Below are positions 28,115-38,233 of a DNA stretch of 61,100 nucleotides, piece by piece (positions within the stretch are counted from its first letter, which is position 1; the number at the start of each line of letters is the position of its first letter). The stretch covers positions 1 through 61,100 of the forward strand of contig JAKPSJ010000136.1 in NCBI GenBank assembly GCA_029555345.1, read 5' to 3'. The notes under the pieces were generated by a model. The model was given only the letters and a program-made list of their open reading frames with translations. It ran no database searches and was not told the origin of the DNA. Origin of the DNA: Methanobacteriota archaeon (GTDB taxonomy: Archaea > Halobacteriota > Methanomicrobia > Methanomicrobiales > Methanospirillaceae). The position numbers and the translations under genes were made by a program.

Positions 28115-28151
28115 GGTCTCTCACCAAAAAAGGTATGTCGTGCCCCCGCGC

Positions 28152-29429
28152 TCACCGCATCTGCTTCGGAGTGATCGCAATGCACATCCCTGCAGCGATG
28201 GTGGAGCCCATGTCGCGGATCGCAAACCGGCCGAGCTGCGGGATCTCCTTCACGTTCTCGATGACCATCGGCTTGGTGGGCTTGATCTGGACGATCGCAG
28301 CATCGCCGGTCTTGAGGAAAGTCGGGTTCTCCTCCTTGGTCTGTCCTGTCCTCGGGTCGAGTTTCTTCTTGAGCTCGGTGAACATGCATGCAGTCTGGGT
28401 CGTGTGACAGTGGAAGACAGGGGTGTACCCTGCCGTGATGGCGCTGGGGTGCTGGAGAATAACAATCTGGGCAGTGAACTCATCGGCTACCGTCGGGGGG
28501 GCATCGGCCGGACCTGTCACGTCACCCCGGCGGAGGTCACCCTTGGCGATCCCACGCACGTTGAAACCGACGTTGTCGCCAGGCAGGGCCTGGGGGATCT
28601 CCTCGTGGTGCATCTCGATGGACTTGACCTCGCCTTCCTTGTTGGCCGGCATGAAGCTGACCTTCATGCCCTTCTTCATGACGCCCGTCTCGACGCGGCC
28701 GACCGGGACAGTCCCGATGCCGCTGATGCTGTACACGTCCTGGATTGGCAGGCGAAGCGGCTTGTCAACGGGCTTTTCAGGCTCCTTGAGGAGGTCCAGT
28801 GCCTCGAGAATCGTCGGGCCGGTGTACCAGGGGGTTTCAGGGCTCTTCTTGGAAATGTTCGTCCCTGCAAGCGCACTGGTCGGGATGAAGAGAACCTCGG
28901 CCGGCTTGTACCCGACCATCTGCAACAGTGAAGAGAGATCCTTCTTCACTTCTTCGAACCGCTTCTGGTCGTACTTCACGGCGTCCATCTTGTTGATGGC
29001 AACGATGAGCTGGTTGATCCCGAGCGTCCTCGCCAGGAAGACGTGCTCCTTCGTCTGCTCCATGACGCCGTCCGGGGCGGCGACCACGAGGATCGCTGCG
29101 TCTGCCTGGGAGGCGCCGGTAATCATGTTCTTGACGAAGTCCCTGTGACCCGGGCAATCGACGACCGTGAAGTAGTACTTGGAGGTGTCGAATCGCTTGT
29201 GCGCGATGTCGATGGTGATACCCCTCTCGCGCTCTTCCTTCAGGTTGTCCATGACCCAGGCAAACTCGAAGGTGGCCTTGCCTTTTGCTTCGGCCTCCTT
29301 GCGGTACCCCTCGATGATGTGCGCGGGAACGGTCCCGGTCTCGAACATGAGCCTCCCGACCATTGTTGACTTCCCATGGTCGATGTGTCCGATGACCGCC
29401 AGATTCAGGTGAGGCTTGTCTGCTGCCAT
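28152..29429 (-). CDS. tuf: Translation elongation factor EF-1 alpha
   Basis: [17 protein letters not shown] and NKMD GTPase motifs. Confidence 0.97.
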   Translation of the reverse strand: MAADKPHLNLAVIGHIDHGKSTMVGRLMFETGTVPAHIIEGYRKEAEAKGKATFEFAWVMDNLKEERERGITIDIAHKRFDTSKYYFTVVDCPGHRDFVKNMITGASQADAAILVVAAPDGVMEQTKEHVFLARTLGINQLIVAINKMDAVKYDQKRFEEVKKDLSSLLQMVGYKPAEVLFIPTSALAGTNISKKSPETPWYTGPTILEALDLLKEPEKPVDKPLRLPIQDVYSISGIGTVPVGRVETGVMKKGMKVSFMPANKEGEVKSIEMHHEEIPQALPGDNVGFNVRGIAKGDLRRGDVTGPADAPPTVADEFTAQIVILQHPSAITAGYTPVFHCHTTQTACMFTELKKKLDPRTGQTKEENPTFLKTGDAAIVQIKPTKPMVIENVKEIPQLGRFAIRDMGSTIAAGMCIAITPKQMR

Positions 29430-29470
29430 GTCATTCCTCCGTTAAAAATGAGCCCGTTAAAGTTCAGCCC

Positions 29471-29491
29471 ATTTATTAGAGTATAAAATAT
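29471..29491 (-). promoter_or_regulatory. Candidate tuf promoter TATA region
   Basis: An AT-rich block (minus strand tattttatactctaataaat) about 45-60 nt upstream of the tuf ATG. GGAGG lies next to the start. Confidence 0.35.
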
Positions 29492-29608
29492 TGGAGAGGG
29501 ATACCTATTAATCGTTTCGATTGACGGGATTTGGAAGGATTTCCCGGAAAAAGAAGGTTATTATCGACAGAATCATATCGGTCGGAGTAGAATACCCCAT
29601 TCTGAAAC

Positions 29609-29911
29609 ATGAAGACCCTGCCACTGCAAAAGGACCAGACCGGGAACCGCGCCACTGTCGAGTGCAGTACAGGCGAAGTCTCGGTCTACCGTTACTGTGC
29701 ATTCTGCGAGCAATGCAAGGGGATCTGGGTGGGTCCGCGGCTGTATCCGGTGCCCCAGGAGAAGGCGCTCCAGGACATGAGGAAGGGAGCCGCTTCCGAC
29801 GAGGCGCTCCTCAACGCCCAGCTCCAGTTCAACAAGCTCGTCCGGGACGGCGTCTCCATCGAGTGTGGAGATGAAAAAGGTACGGGATTCGTGTCGCGTT
29901 ACCGCCTCTGA
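29609..29911 (+). CDS. Hypothetical small Cys-containing protein
   Basis: 100 aa with an ATG start and GC-biased third positions typical of this genome. Has a CAFCEQC motif. No family recognised. Confidence 0.45.
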   Translation: MKTLPLQKDQTGNRATVECSTGEVSVYRYCAFCEQCKGIWVGPRLYPVPQEKALQDMRKGAASDEALLNAQLQFNKLVRDGVSIECGDEKGTGFVSRYRL

Positions 29912-30022
29912 CCACCCGCTGTTCCTGGCTTGTCCGGGAGGGGCGGTACGGACCACGATACCGGTCCCGCCTTAACACGCATCGTGCCATCAATCCCGCT
30001 ACAGGAGGTTCGCGCATCCTTT

Positions 30023-30742
30023 CTACCCGGAGATGCAGAGGACTGCAAGGACTGACGCCCTCGTGATCTCGTTTGCAGCGCCGACGACGTCGCCGTTCAC
30101 TCCCCCAAAGAGCCTGCCGGAGACGAGCTGGAGAACGAGCGGGCATGCCACCATGGCTCCCGCGGCGAGGAGGAGTGCGCGTCCCGGTACAGGGAGGAGG
30201 GCGAGCGGGAGGCAGAGCACCCCGGCGAGCAGGGGGAAGTAGGGCTTCGAACGGGACTGGATAGTGGCATGGATGCCATCCCGGAACGGCTTTCCGGACG
30301 TGGAGAGGAACGCCATCGAAAACTTCGCCCCGACCTCTGCAACCAGCAGCGAGCAGGCAGCGGATGACACCGAGGCGAGGGACGAATACGAGACGAGCGT
30401 GGTGACCACTGCGAGTGCGAGGGCGCCTGTCCCGACCTGCCGGTCTGTAAGAGCTGCGACACGCCTCTCCCGTCCTCCGTGGGCCATGAGGCCATCGCCG
30501 AGGTCCATGAGGCCGTCCAGGTGGTTGCACCCGGACAGGAGGAAAACGAGGCCTATCCCCACTGCAGCTGCGAGGAGGGGGGGTCTCAGGAACAGCACGC
30601 AGATAGCAGCGATCCCGCCGACGACGTACCCTGCCAGGGGGTAGATCCAGGAATGCCTCGCGAACTCCCCGAAGTCCCTCGTCCTTCCGAGGGGAAGGAT
30701 TGTCGTGAACTGGAGGAGTGCGACGACAGGGTTCAGGCACAT
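30023..30742 (-). CDS. cobS: Adenosylcobinamide-GDP ribazoletransferase (cobalamin 5'-phosphate synthase)
   Basis: ATG at 30742 (MCLNPVVALLQFTTILP). HLDGLMDLGDG and GVNGDVVGA motifs. Confidence 0.85.
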   Translation of the reverse strand: MCLNPVVALLQFTTILPLGRTRDFGEFARHSWIYPLAGYVVGGIAAICVLFLRPPLLAAAVGIGLVFLLSGCNHLDGLMDLGDGLMAHGGRERRVAALTDRQVGTGALALAVVTTLVSYSSLASVSSAACSLLVAEVGAKFSMAFLSTSGKPFRDGIHATIQSRSKPYFPLLAGVLCLPLALLPVPGRALLLAAGAMVACPLVLQLVSGRLFGGVNGDVVGAANEITRASVLAVLCISG

Positions 30743-31179
30743 TCGCTGTAGAACCTCGAGGTGCATCCTGCGATGAGGCCTGCCACGGCATCGTCGAGGA
30801 ACGGGCCGAGTGACCGGAGCACACCTGGCTTCTTCTGGTCGTACCGGGTGAACTCGAACCGGGCGTACGTCCCCCCGATGCATTCCGCAATCGCCATCCC
30901 GATGATCTCGTCCGAGAGGAGGAACACCGGGTCGTCTTTTATCGGCGAGTTCTTCGTCTTCCAGAAGAGCTCGTCCTCGAGGAGAACAGCCGCGAGCAGG
31001 AGGGAGGAGACGTTGGGGTCCCCCAGGGAGCGTTCCATCATCTGCCCTATCCGCGGCCGGGCGTCGGCAGCCGGCAGCCCGTGCGGGACGTAGAGTTCCA
31101 TCGCGGCATCGAGCATCTTCTCCATGTCGACGCCTTTTTCCTTCAGCCTGTCAGAAATGCCGAACATCTCGTGCACCAT
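30733..31179 (-). CDS. cobZ: PgpA-like phosphatase, probable archaeal alpha-ribazole-phosphate phosphatase (CobZ-type)
   Basis: ATG at 31179 (MVHEMFG). 10-nt overlap with the cobS start. The family call rests on resemblance and on cob gene context. Confidence 0.65.
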   Translation of the reverse strand: MVHEMFGISDRLKEKGVDMEKMLDAAMELYVPHGLPAADARPRIGQMMERSLGDPNVSSLLLAAVLLEDELFWKTKNSPIKDDPVFLLSDEIIGMAIAECIGGTYARFEFTRYDQKKPGVLRSLGPFLDDAVAGLIAGCTSRFYSECA

Positions 31180-31353
31180 ACCTGTCGCTCCGCTGCACCC
31201 CCTCCTCGAAAGGCATGCCCGGCCCGGCGGTGCATGCGGGGGAGACTCCTCTTCAGCAGGAGAAGTTGGGTTTTTCCCGATATGATGGTTGCCCCCCCTC
31301 CTGCCGTCATATTGATGGAATGCCGCAGGCAACAGAAGAGGGAGATACGGCAT

Positions 31354-32364
31354 ATGACGTTCCTATCGGACAATCTGTCCCTCTCGCCCGAAAAACCCCT
31401 CTTTGCGAGTGTCCTTGCCAACACGATGCTCTCCGTCGTCCCCGGGATGTCCGGCGCCGGGCCGACCCCGGAAAAGACCCTCCTCACCCCGATCCTCGAT
31501 GCAGAACTGGTGCTCCGGGGAAAGATAACGAGCATGCCATCGAGGCCGGACACCCCGACCGGCTGCCCGACCCCCGCATCCATAACGCGGGCGATGATGG
31601 ACATGTGCGGGATCATCCCCCTCTTCATCAATGCAGGGCTCGCCCACCGCCCCACGGTCCCCTGCCTCGACGCCTACGGCGAACCCGGGAGCGATCCCCG
31701 GTACGGAGACGCCGTCCCCCGCGCCGGGGAACTGTTCGAGGCGGGACGGGTCATCGGCGCATTCCTCTCGCGTGCGTACGACTCGCTCGTCCTGGGGGAG
31801 AGCGTGCCCGGCGGGACGACGACTGCCCTCTGCGTGCTCCGTGCGCTGGGTTACCCCGCGCGGGTCAGTTCCAGTTATGCCGACAACCCCGTGGGGATGA
31901 AGGAAGCCGTCTGGAACGAGGTCTCCCGGAGGATCGGAGATCGGGCGCCGCTCTCCCCGCTCGATACCGCCAGGTGCTGCGGCGACCCGATGATCACCCT
32001 CTCGGCCGGCGTCGGGAAGGGTTTCGGGCAGGGGCTCGTCCTGGCCGGCGGCACCCAGATGCTCGCGGTCGCCGCGCTCATGAAGGCGATGTCCCTGCCC
32101 CTCCCGGCGATAGCCACGACCGTTTACGTCAGGGACGACCCTTCGGCAAACTTCCCGGAGACAGCCGGGCAGATCGGAGTCCCTGTCGCTTACGTCGACC
32201 CGGGGTTCGGGGACCTGGGGCATGCGGGCCTCGCGCGGTACTGCACCGGGGAGGTGAAGGAGGGGATGGGCGCCGGGGGCGCCATGTTCCTCGCTGCAAC
32301 CATGGGGCATTCTCCCGGGGAGATCAGGAAAAAGATACTCGCGACGGTAATCTCTTATCAGTGA
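31354..32364 (+). CDS. cobT: Archaeal CobT-type nicotinate-nucleotide:dimethylbenzimidazole phosphoribosyltransferase (UPF0284)
   Basis: ATG at 31354 (MTFLSDN...). GESVPGGTTTAL motif. Divergent from cobZ-cobS. Confidence 0.8.
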   Translation: MTFLSDNLSLSPEKPLFASVLANTMLSVVPGMSGAGPTPEKTLLTPILDAELVLRGKITSMPSRPDTPTGCPTPASITRAMMDMCGIIPLFINAGLAHRPTVPCLDAYGEPGSDPRYGDAVPRAGELFEAGRVIGAFLSRAYDSLVLGESVPGGTTTALCVLRALGYPARVSSSYADNPVGMKEAVWNEVSRRIGDRAPLSPLDTARCCGDPMITLSAGVGKGFGQGLVLAGGTQMLAVAALMKAMSLPLPAIATTVYVRDDPSANFPETAGQIGVPVAYVDPGFGDLGHAGLARYCTGEVKEGMGAGGAMFLAATMGHSPGEIRKKILATVISYQ

Positions 32365-32470
32365 AGGCGCAGGAATGGCATGATAATGTGATCGCTTCGC
32401 ATTTTTCTCTCGTCTCCGCGTCTGCAGGAGAGGCATTTTCACCTCTTACGCGCCACATTAGTGAAGACCC

Positions 32471-33034
32471 ATGCTCCCCCTGTTCGTGGTCAATAATTAC
32501 GGGCAGTTCAACCACCTCATCCTCCGGATGTTCCGTGACCTGGGCATCGAGGCACGGATGGTCCCAAATAACATGCAACCGGACGAAGTCGCCGCCTCCT
32601 GCCGTGGGATAGTGCTCGGGGGAGGCCCAGACATCCGGAAGTGCGGGAACTCCCCCCTCTTCCTCCACCTGGGCATACCGGTCCTGGGGATATGCCTCGG
32701 CCTCCATGTCATCGCGAGGGAGTTCGGGGGCCGAGTCGACCCGGGCCGTGCAGGGGGCTACGGACCTGTCGAAGTCGAGCTGGTGGAGAGATCGGAGATC
32801 CTCGGGGGATACCCGGAGAAGATACTCGTGTGGGCGTCCCATGCCGACGAGGTGGCCGAGGTCCCTCCCGGTTTCCGCCTCATCGCGCGATCAGGGGTGT
32901 GCGCACACGAGGCGATAGACTCCCCGGACAGGAAGATCTACGGCCTGCAGTGGCACCCCGAGGTCAGCCATACACGGGACGGGGAGAAGGTATACCGGAA
33001 CTTCGATGCGATCTGCAGGGAGCACGGGGTATGA
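32471..33034 (+). CDS. guaAA: GMP synthase, glutamine amidotransferase subunit A
   Basis: GICLGLH nucleophile elbow and a WHPE His-Glu pair. Confidence 0.9.
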   Translation: MLPLFVVNNYGQFNHLILRMFRDLGIEARMVPNNMQPDEVAASCRGIVLGGGPDIRKCGNSPLFLHLGIPVLGICLGLHVIAREFGGRVDPGRAGGYGPVEVELVERSEILGGYPEKILVWASHADEVAEVPPGFRLIARSGVCAHEAIDSPDRKIYGLQWHPEVSHTRDGEKVYRNFDAICREHGV

Positions 33035-33579
33035 ACGGGACAAAAAAGGTTGAAAGCAGCCTTGCAGCAAAACTCATGGAGATCGGGTTTTCGTGCACCC
33101 GCTGCGGGGACTGCTGCAGGGCTGGATCCGGGGACGATAATCTCGTGATGGTCACGCCCCGGGAGATCAGGGCCATCTCCGGTTTCTGTGGCCTGCAGGC
33201 CGCTGACATTGCCGAACCGTACCCCGAGAGCGTGGAGCTTCCCGGTGGCCGCTCCGTGACATTCGGCCGTGTGCTGCGGCGGCGCCCCTGCGGCGACTGC
33301 CGCTTCTTTTCCGGGTCTTCGTGCCTGGCATACCCGGTGAGGCCATCCATCTGCCGCACGTACCCGTTCATGCTCGATGGAGACGAGTTGCGGGTATTCC
33401 CCTGCAGGGGACTGGGAAATCCCCTCGCGGAGGAGGAAGCCCTGTGCATTGCCCGCGACCTTGTCAGGAGGAGCGCCGAAGAGGAAGAGGAAGCCGGGCG
33501 GATCCGCGCCATCCTCCCGGGCGTTCCCTCCCGTCCGGGGAGGTTCCTCGTCGATTCGGAAGGGGTGAGCGAGCGGTGA
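33031..33579 (+). CDS. YkgJ/UPF0153-family Fe-S or zinc cluster protein
   Basis: ATG at 33031 overlaps the guaAA stop (ATGA). CTRCGDCC and CRTYP motifs. Confidence 0.75.
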   Translation: MNGTKKVESSLAAKLMEIGFSCTRCGDCCRAGSGDDNLVMVTPREIRAISGFCGLQAADIAEPYPESVELPGGRSVTFGRVLRRRPCGDCRFFSGSSCLAYPVRPSICRTYPFMLDGDELRVFPCRGLGNPLAEEEALCIARDLVRRSAEEEEEAGRIRAILPGVPSRPGRFLVDSEGVSER

Positions 33580-34781
33580 CAGGAACGCTGCGGATCGTCG
33601 GGACTGCGCACGTCTCGGCAGTGAGCGTCGAAGAGGTCAGGTCTGCGATAGCGGAGTTCTCCCCGGACGTCGTGGCCGTCGAGCTCGACCCTGCGAGGCA
33701 TGCCGCATTGAAAAAGCAGGCGAGAGAGCCTTCGGTCACCGAAGTCCTCGAGTCGAAGAACTTCACCCAGCTCCTGGTCCAGTGGATCCTGGCATACCTG
33801 CAGAGGCGTATTGGCCTCGACATGGGCGTCGAGCCCGGTGCCGAGATGAAGGCCGCCATCGAGGAGGCAGAGGCGAGGAACCTCCCCGTCGCCCTCATCG
33901 ACAGGGATATCGGGATCACGCTGCGAAGGTTCTGGAACTCGCTCTCTCTTCTCGAGAAGGCGAAACTCCTGTATTCTCTCGTCTTCTCGCTGGCCGATGT
34001 CGATTCCGAGGAGATAGACGTCGAGGAGCTGAAGAAGGAGGATATGCTCGGCATGGCGATGGAGGAGTTCCGCAAGTTCTCCCCCAACGGTGCCCGGGCC
34101 CTCATCGACGAACGGGACTCTTACCTCGCGTACAACCTCGCGATCCTGAAAGAGAGGCATTCCCGTGTCCTCGCAGTCATCGGTGCAGGCCATGTGGCCG
34201 GTGTCGAGAGGCTTCTTGCGTCCCCGGAAAAGATCGTCCCCGTTCATGAACTCGACACCGACGTCAAACCCAAACCATGGAAGACCATCTTCGGGGCCGG
34301 TGTGACGGCACTCTTCATCATCCTCCTCCTCGCCATCGTCTTTTCTGGAGTGGGGACCGGAGTCCTAGTCTCGGCACTGGTCTACTGGGTCCTCCTCCAC
34401 GGGACCCTCACTGCGGCCTTCACGCTCGCCGCGAGGGGGCACCCCCTCTCTGCGCTCACTGGTTTTGGAGTCTCCTGGTTCACCGCCTTGAACCCGCTTG
34501 TCGCAGCAGGGTGGTTTTCAGCCATCGTCGAAGCGATGATACGGAAGCCCGGGCCTTCGGATTTCCGCAGGGTGTCGGAGGCCGAGAGCTTTTCCGCTAT
34601 GATGGAGGTCCCCCTCTTCCGGGTCGTCCTCGTTGCCGCACTTGCCAACGTTGGGAGCACGCTCGGGACGATCCTTTACTTCATCTTCATCTTCCCAATC
34701 CTTGGAATAGACCCGGCAGTCCTCATCTCCCAGGGTTTTTCGAACATGTGGAACGGTGTCATGGGGTTCGTCCCGGGATAG
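33576..34781 (+). CDS. TraB/PrgY/GumN-family protein with a C-terminal membrane domain
   Basis: GTG at 33576 overlaps the upstream stop (GTGA). IVGTAHVS and IGAGHVAG motifs. 4-5 C-terminal TM helices. Confidence 0.8.
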   Translation: MTGTLRIVGTAHVSAVSVEEVRSAIAEFSPDVVAVELDPARHAALKKQAREPSVTEVLESKNFTQLLVQWILAYLQRRIGLDMGVEPGAEMKAAIEEAEARNLPVALIDRDIGITLRRFWNSLSLLEKAKLLYSLVFSLADVDSEEIDVEELKKEDMLGMAMEEFRKFSPNGARALIDERDSYLAYNLAILKERHSRVLAVIGAGHVAGVERLLASPEKIVPVHELDTDVKPKPWKTIFGAGVTALFIILLLAIVFSGVGTGVLVSALVYWVLLHGTLTAAFTLAARGHPLSALTGFGVSWFTALNPLVAAGWFSAIVEAMIRKPGPSDFRRVSEAESFSAMMEVPLFRVVLVAALANVGSTLGTILYFIFIFPILGIDPAVLISQGFSNMWNGVMGFVPG

Positions 34782-34853
34782 ATGCCGCCCACCCCTCTCC
34801 AAGGCATGCAGGGGGAAGGTATTAAACCGGCCCCCTGCCATCATCTCCACTGT

Positions 34854-35831
34854 ATGCACGGAGTTGACCATTTCACCTGGCTGTTGGCTCTTGTCCTGCT
34901 GCTTGCCTCCCCCGTGGTCCCCGCGATGGCCGGTTGCGGGACCATCCCGCCAGGGGAGTGGGTTTTTATCGGCGAAGAAGGCCTCGACATTACCGGGACA
35001 GGTGCAGCTGCGGGATCACAACTCGCCTATTACGGGCCGGGAGGGAGCGTATCCAGTGCACCTGCAGCGAAGGTCACGGTGGCGGACCCGGCTTCGTTCT
35101 ACGTGGCTCCCTCGACATTTTCCGGAAAGACAGGCCCGTGGTTCCTCCTTCCCGGCAACAGCCTGGCCTTCTACGTCGGTGACCCGACGCTCCAGATGCG
35201 CGTCGTCGATTATACATCCGGGTTCGTGGTCGGGCAGGACGCTTCATGGGTCCCCAAGGGAGACTCTGTCGGTTTCCGGATTGATACGACCCTCTGGGTA
35301 TTTTCCCATAGGCCGGGTTGCACTGGGGCACCCCTTACGATAGAAGTCTCCGGCCCAGGCGGGACTACTTTCTCGTCCCTTGGCGGATACCCGCTCGCGG
35401 GCGTGGTCGTGTCCTCCCCCACCTTCGAGACCGGCCCGGTCTGGCCGACGGGTTCGAGCGAGTTCTCCATCGGGGATTACGAAGCCTATGTGCGCTGCGA
35501 GGAGAACAAGATGCATGACAACTACCCCGTGACAGGGAAATCCGAGAGCGAGAGAGTGCATTTCCTGCTCCAGAAAGCAAATCCCCTGATTGTGACGGTG
35601 ACTACGACCGCATCCCCCGAAGGGACGACGCCGGCAATAACAACCGTGCAGTCGGCCACCCCCACCCAGGCGGAGACTGCAACGCCGTCGACCGTAGCGA
35701 CGGCCGTTCCCACGATCATCGAGACTGAAGAACCGATGGCGTCCCCGACGCCGACGCAGGCCCCTGGCATCCTCCCTGCAACACTGATCCTCGCATTCTG
35801 CATAGCGGTCGCATTGCGCACACACGGGTGA
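34854..35831 (+). CDS. Secreted surface protein (DUF3821-like N-domain, Thr/Pro-rich linker, C-terminal PGF-CTERM-like anchor)
   Basis: ATG at 34854 (MHGVDHFTWLLALVLLLASP). VFIGEEGLDIT motif. Tail is TQAPGILPATLILAFCIAVALRTHG. Confidence 0.7.
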   Translation: MHGVDHFTWLLALVLLLASPVVPAMAGCGTIPPGEWVFIGEEGLDITGTGAAAGSQLAYYGPGGSVSSAPAAKVTVADPASFYVAPSTFSGKTGPWFLLPGNSLAFYVGDPTLQMRVVDYTSGFVVGQDASWVPKGDSVGFRIDTTLWVFSHRPGCTGAPLTIEVSGPGGTTFSSLGGYPLAGVVVSSPTFETGPVWPTGSSEFSIGDYEAYVRCEENKMHDNYPVTGKSESERVHFLLQKANPLIVTVTTTASPEGTTPAITTVQSATPTQAETATPSTVATAVPTIIETEEPMASPTPTQAPGILPATLILAFCIAVALRTHG

Positions 35832-35909
35832 ATGAAGGACAATGATGACCCGGGGCCGGGAGGAGGGAGAAGGGTCACTTTTTTTTCCTCCGCCAGCGAG
35901 GGGATTTCC

Positions 35910-36416
35910 ATGAACGTTGGCACCACTATCATCAAGTCACGGCACAGCGTGCGGAAATACAAGCCGGACCAAATCGAGGAGAGCGCGATACGCGACGCAC
36001 TCGAGTGCGCGTGCCAGGCCCCGTCAGCGATGAACCTCCAGCCCTGGCTCTTTGGCGTCGTCCGCGACAGGGCACTCCTCGGAAAGATCGCGGAGCTGAC
36101 AGACCACGGGAAGTTCATTGCAGGTGCAGCAGTCTGCTTTATCGTTTTCGGCGAGAAAAAGGCCAAGTATTACCTCGAAGACTGCTGCGCGGCGACCGAG
36201 AACCTCATCCTCGGGCTGTGGGCATACGGCGTCGGCAGCTGCTGGGTCGCCGGCGACAAAAAGCCCTATGCAGACGATATCAGGAAACTCCTCTCCGTGC
36301 CTGACAGGTACACCCTGGTCTCGCTCGTGCCTGCAGGGTACCCTGCAGAGGTCACGGTGCAGAAGAAGAAATCACTCGACGATGTGACTTTCATTGAGAC
36401 ATACAGTGAGAACTAG
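35910..36416 (+). CDS. Nitroreductase-family protein
   Basis: ATG at 35910; RHSVRKY and QPW motifs. Confidence 0.85.
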   Translation: MNVGTTIIKSRHSVRKYKPDQIEESAIRDALECACQAPSAMNLQPWLFGVVRDRALLGKIAELTDHGKFIAGAAVCFIVFGEKKAKYYLEDCCAATENLILGLWAYGVGSCWVAGDKKPYADDIRKLLSVPDRYTLVSLVPAGYPAEVTVQKKKSLDDVTFIETYSEN

Positions 36417-36446
36417 GGATCCATTCCCGGCGGGAGGGAAGGCAGC

Positions 36447-37790
36447 ATGAGCCCCCGTGCTGGTCGCAGCGATCAAGAAACGGGAGGACAAGGGCAGTCG
36501 AAAAGGAAGGGGGCAGTCCTCCAGGTCGCACTCGACATCACCGAGCTCGACCGTGCCGTTCAGATAGCTGCAGAGGCGGTGGCGGGCGGTGCCGACTGGC
36601 TCGAGGCAGGGACGCCGTTGATCAAGAGCGAGGGGATGGCAGCGGTCCGGGCCCTCCGCGCTGCGTTTCCAGGCCACGAGATCATCGCTGACATGAAGAT
36701 CGCCGACACGGGGGCCATCGAGGTGGAAATGGCAGCGAAGGCCGGGGCCTCGGTCGTCTGCATCCTGGCCGTCGCGGACGATGCCGTGATCGCCGAGGCG
36801 GTGAGGGCCGCCGACCTCTACGGTGTCAGGCTGATGGGCGACCTGATAAGCGTCCCGGACCCGGTTGCCAGGGCCAGGGAACTGGAACGGATGGGAGTGC
36901 ACATCGTCAATGCCCATGTCGGCATCGACCAGCAGATGAGCGGGAAAAGTCCCCTCGATGTGCTCTCGGAGATACGCAGCGGGATATCCGTCCCCCTTGC
37001 CGCGGCAGGCGGTCTCGACGCGGCAACGGCGCCGCAGGCGGCAGCTGCCGGGGCCGACATCGTGATCGTCGGGAGCGCCGTCACCAAGTCCGCGGACGTG
37101 GCGGCATCGGCCCGGGCGGTCCGTGCAGCCCTCGATGGCCCCGCCCTCACCAGGGGCGAGAGGCCGTCGCCGGAGAGCGCCGTCCGCGAAATCCTCTCGT
37201 CCGTGTCGACCCCCAACATCTCCGATGCCATGCACAGGAAAGGGGCGATGGCAGGGATAGTCCCTGTCTGCCGGGACGCCCGGATGGTGGGCCGGGCGGT
37301 CACTGTCCAGGGGTTCGCAGGCGACTGGGCGAAACCCGTGGAGGCAGTCGACATCGCGGAGCCCGGCGACGTCCTGGTAATCAGCAACGACGGCGTGACG
37401 CATGTGGCATGCTGGGGGGAACTCGCCACGATGAGTGCGATGCAGCGCGGACTTTCCGGCGTGGTCATCGATGGCGCCGCCCGGGACATCGACGATATCA
37501 GGCGCCTTCGGTTCCCCGTGTTCTCCCGGGCCGTGGCTCCGAATGCCGGGGAACCGAAGGGGTTCGGGGAGATCAATGCAGAGGTCAGGTGCGGGGGTCA
37601 GCTCGTGCGGCCCGGTGACTGGATAGCCGGAGACGCAAGCGGCGTTGTCGTCGTCCCCCGCGAACGTGCGGCAGAGATCGCGCGGCGGGCGCTCGAGGTC
37701 AAGAAGACGGAGGAGAGGATAAGGGAGGAGATCCGGAGAGGCGGCACCCTCTCCCAGGTATCGGACCTCATCCGCTGGGAAAAGAAATAA
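36447..37790 (+). CDS. Bifunctional 3-hexulose-6-phosphate synthase / RraA-like domain protein
   Basis: N-terminal half has LQVALD...EAGTPLIK...DMKIADTG (HPS/OMPDC fold). C-terminal half has ISDAM...GELATMSA...VVIDGAARD (RraA/DlpA fold). Confidence 0.85.
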   Translation: MSPRAGRSDQETGGQGQSKRKGAVLQVALDITELDRAVQIAAEAVAGGADWLEAGTPLIKSEGMAAVRALRAAFPGHEIIADMKIADTGAIEVEMAAKAGASVVCILAVADDAVIAEAVRAADLYGVRLMGDLISVPDPVARARELERMGVHIVNAHVGIDQQMSGKSPLDVLSEIRSGISVPLAAAGGLDAATAPQAAAAGADIVIVGSAVTKSADVAASARAVRAALDGPALTRGERPSPESAVREILSSVSTPNISDAMHRKGAMAGIVPVCRDARMVGRAVTVQGFAGDWAKPVEAVDIAEPGDVLVISNDGVTHVACWGELATMSAMQRGLSGVVIDGAARDIDDIRRLRFPVFSRAVAPNAGEPKGFGEINAEVRCGGQLVRPGDWIAGDASGVVVVPRERAAEIARRALEVKKTEERIREEIRRGGTLSQVSDLIRWEKK

Positions 37791-37797
37791 AGAATCG

Positions 37798-38232
37798 TTA
37801 CTGGAAGAGCGAACTCTCGTGGAGTTTCGCCCCGCTCTTCTGGATCGCTGCTATTGCGGCATCGACATGGTCGACCCGCAGGATGAGGACGGCACCCTCC
37901 CTTCCAGAGTAGGCATAAGCGTATTCGATGTTTATGCCGTTCCGCCCGAGGATATCCGCCACCTCGTACAGGCCCCCGGGTTCGTCCTTCATCTGGACGG
38001 CTATCACGTCGGTGAAGGCGACGTTGAACCCCATCTTCGTGAGTTTCTCGTACGCTCTCTGTGGCTCGTCCACGAGTGCCCTCACGACCCCGAACCCGTT
38101 CGCCTCGGCGATCGAGAACGCGAGGATGTTTATCTTCTCATCCTGGAGTGCCCGGGCGATTGCCGCGAGCCTGCCGGGCTTGTTCTCTGAAAAGACCGAT
38201 ATCTGCTTTATGACAAACTTGCTGGCTCCCAT
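37798..38232 (-). CDS. ACT-domain protein (tandem ACT)
   Basis: 144 aa; QISVFSENKPGRLA. Lies 1 nt downstream of the paaK paralog. Confidence 0.85.
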   Translation of the reverse strand: MGASKFVIKQISVFSENKPGRLAAIARALQDEKINILAFSIAEANGFGVVRALVDEPQRAYEKLTKMGFNVAFTDVIAVQMKDEPGGLYEVADILGRNGINIEYAYAYSGREGAVLILRVDHVDAAIAAIQKSGAKLHESSLFQ

Positions 38233-38233
38233 G

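Noticed and set aside
29430-29608. Possible ncRNA or regulatory structure between tuf and the small Cys protein gene
   Set aside because: I found only AT-rich promoter-like sequence and no convincing stem-loops. It is adequately explained as divergent promoters.
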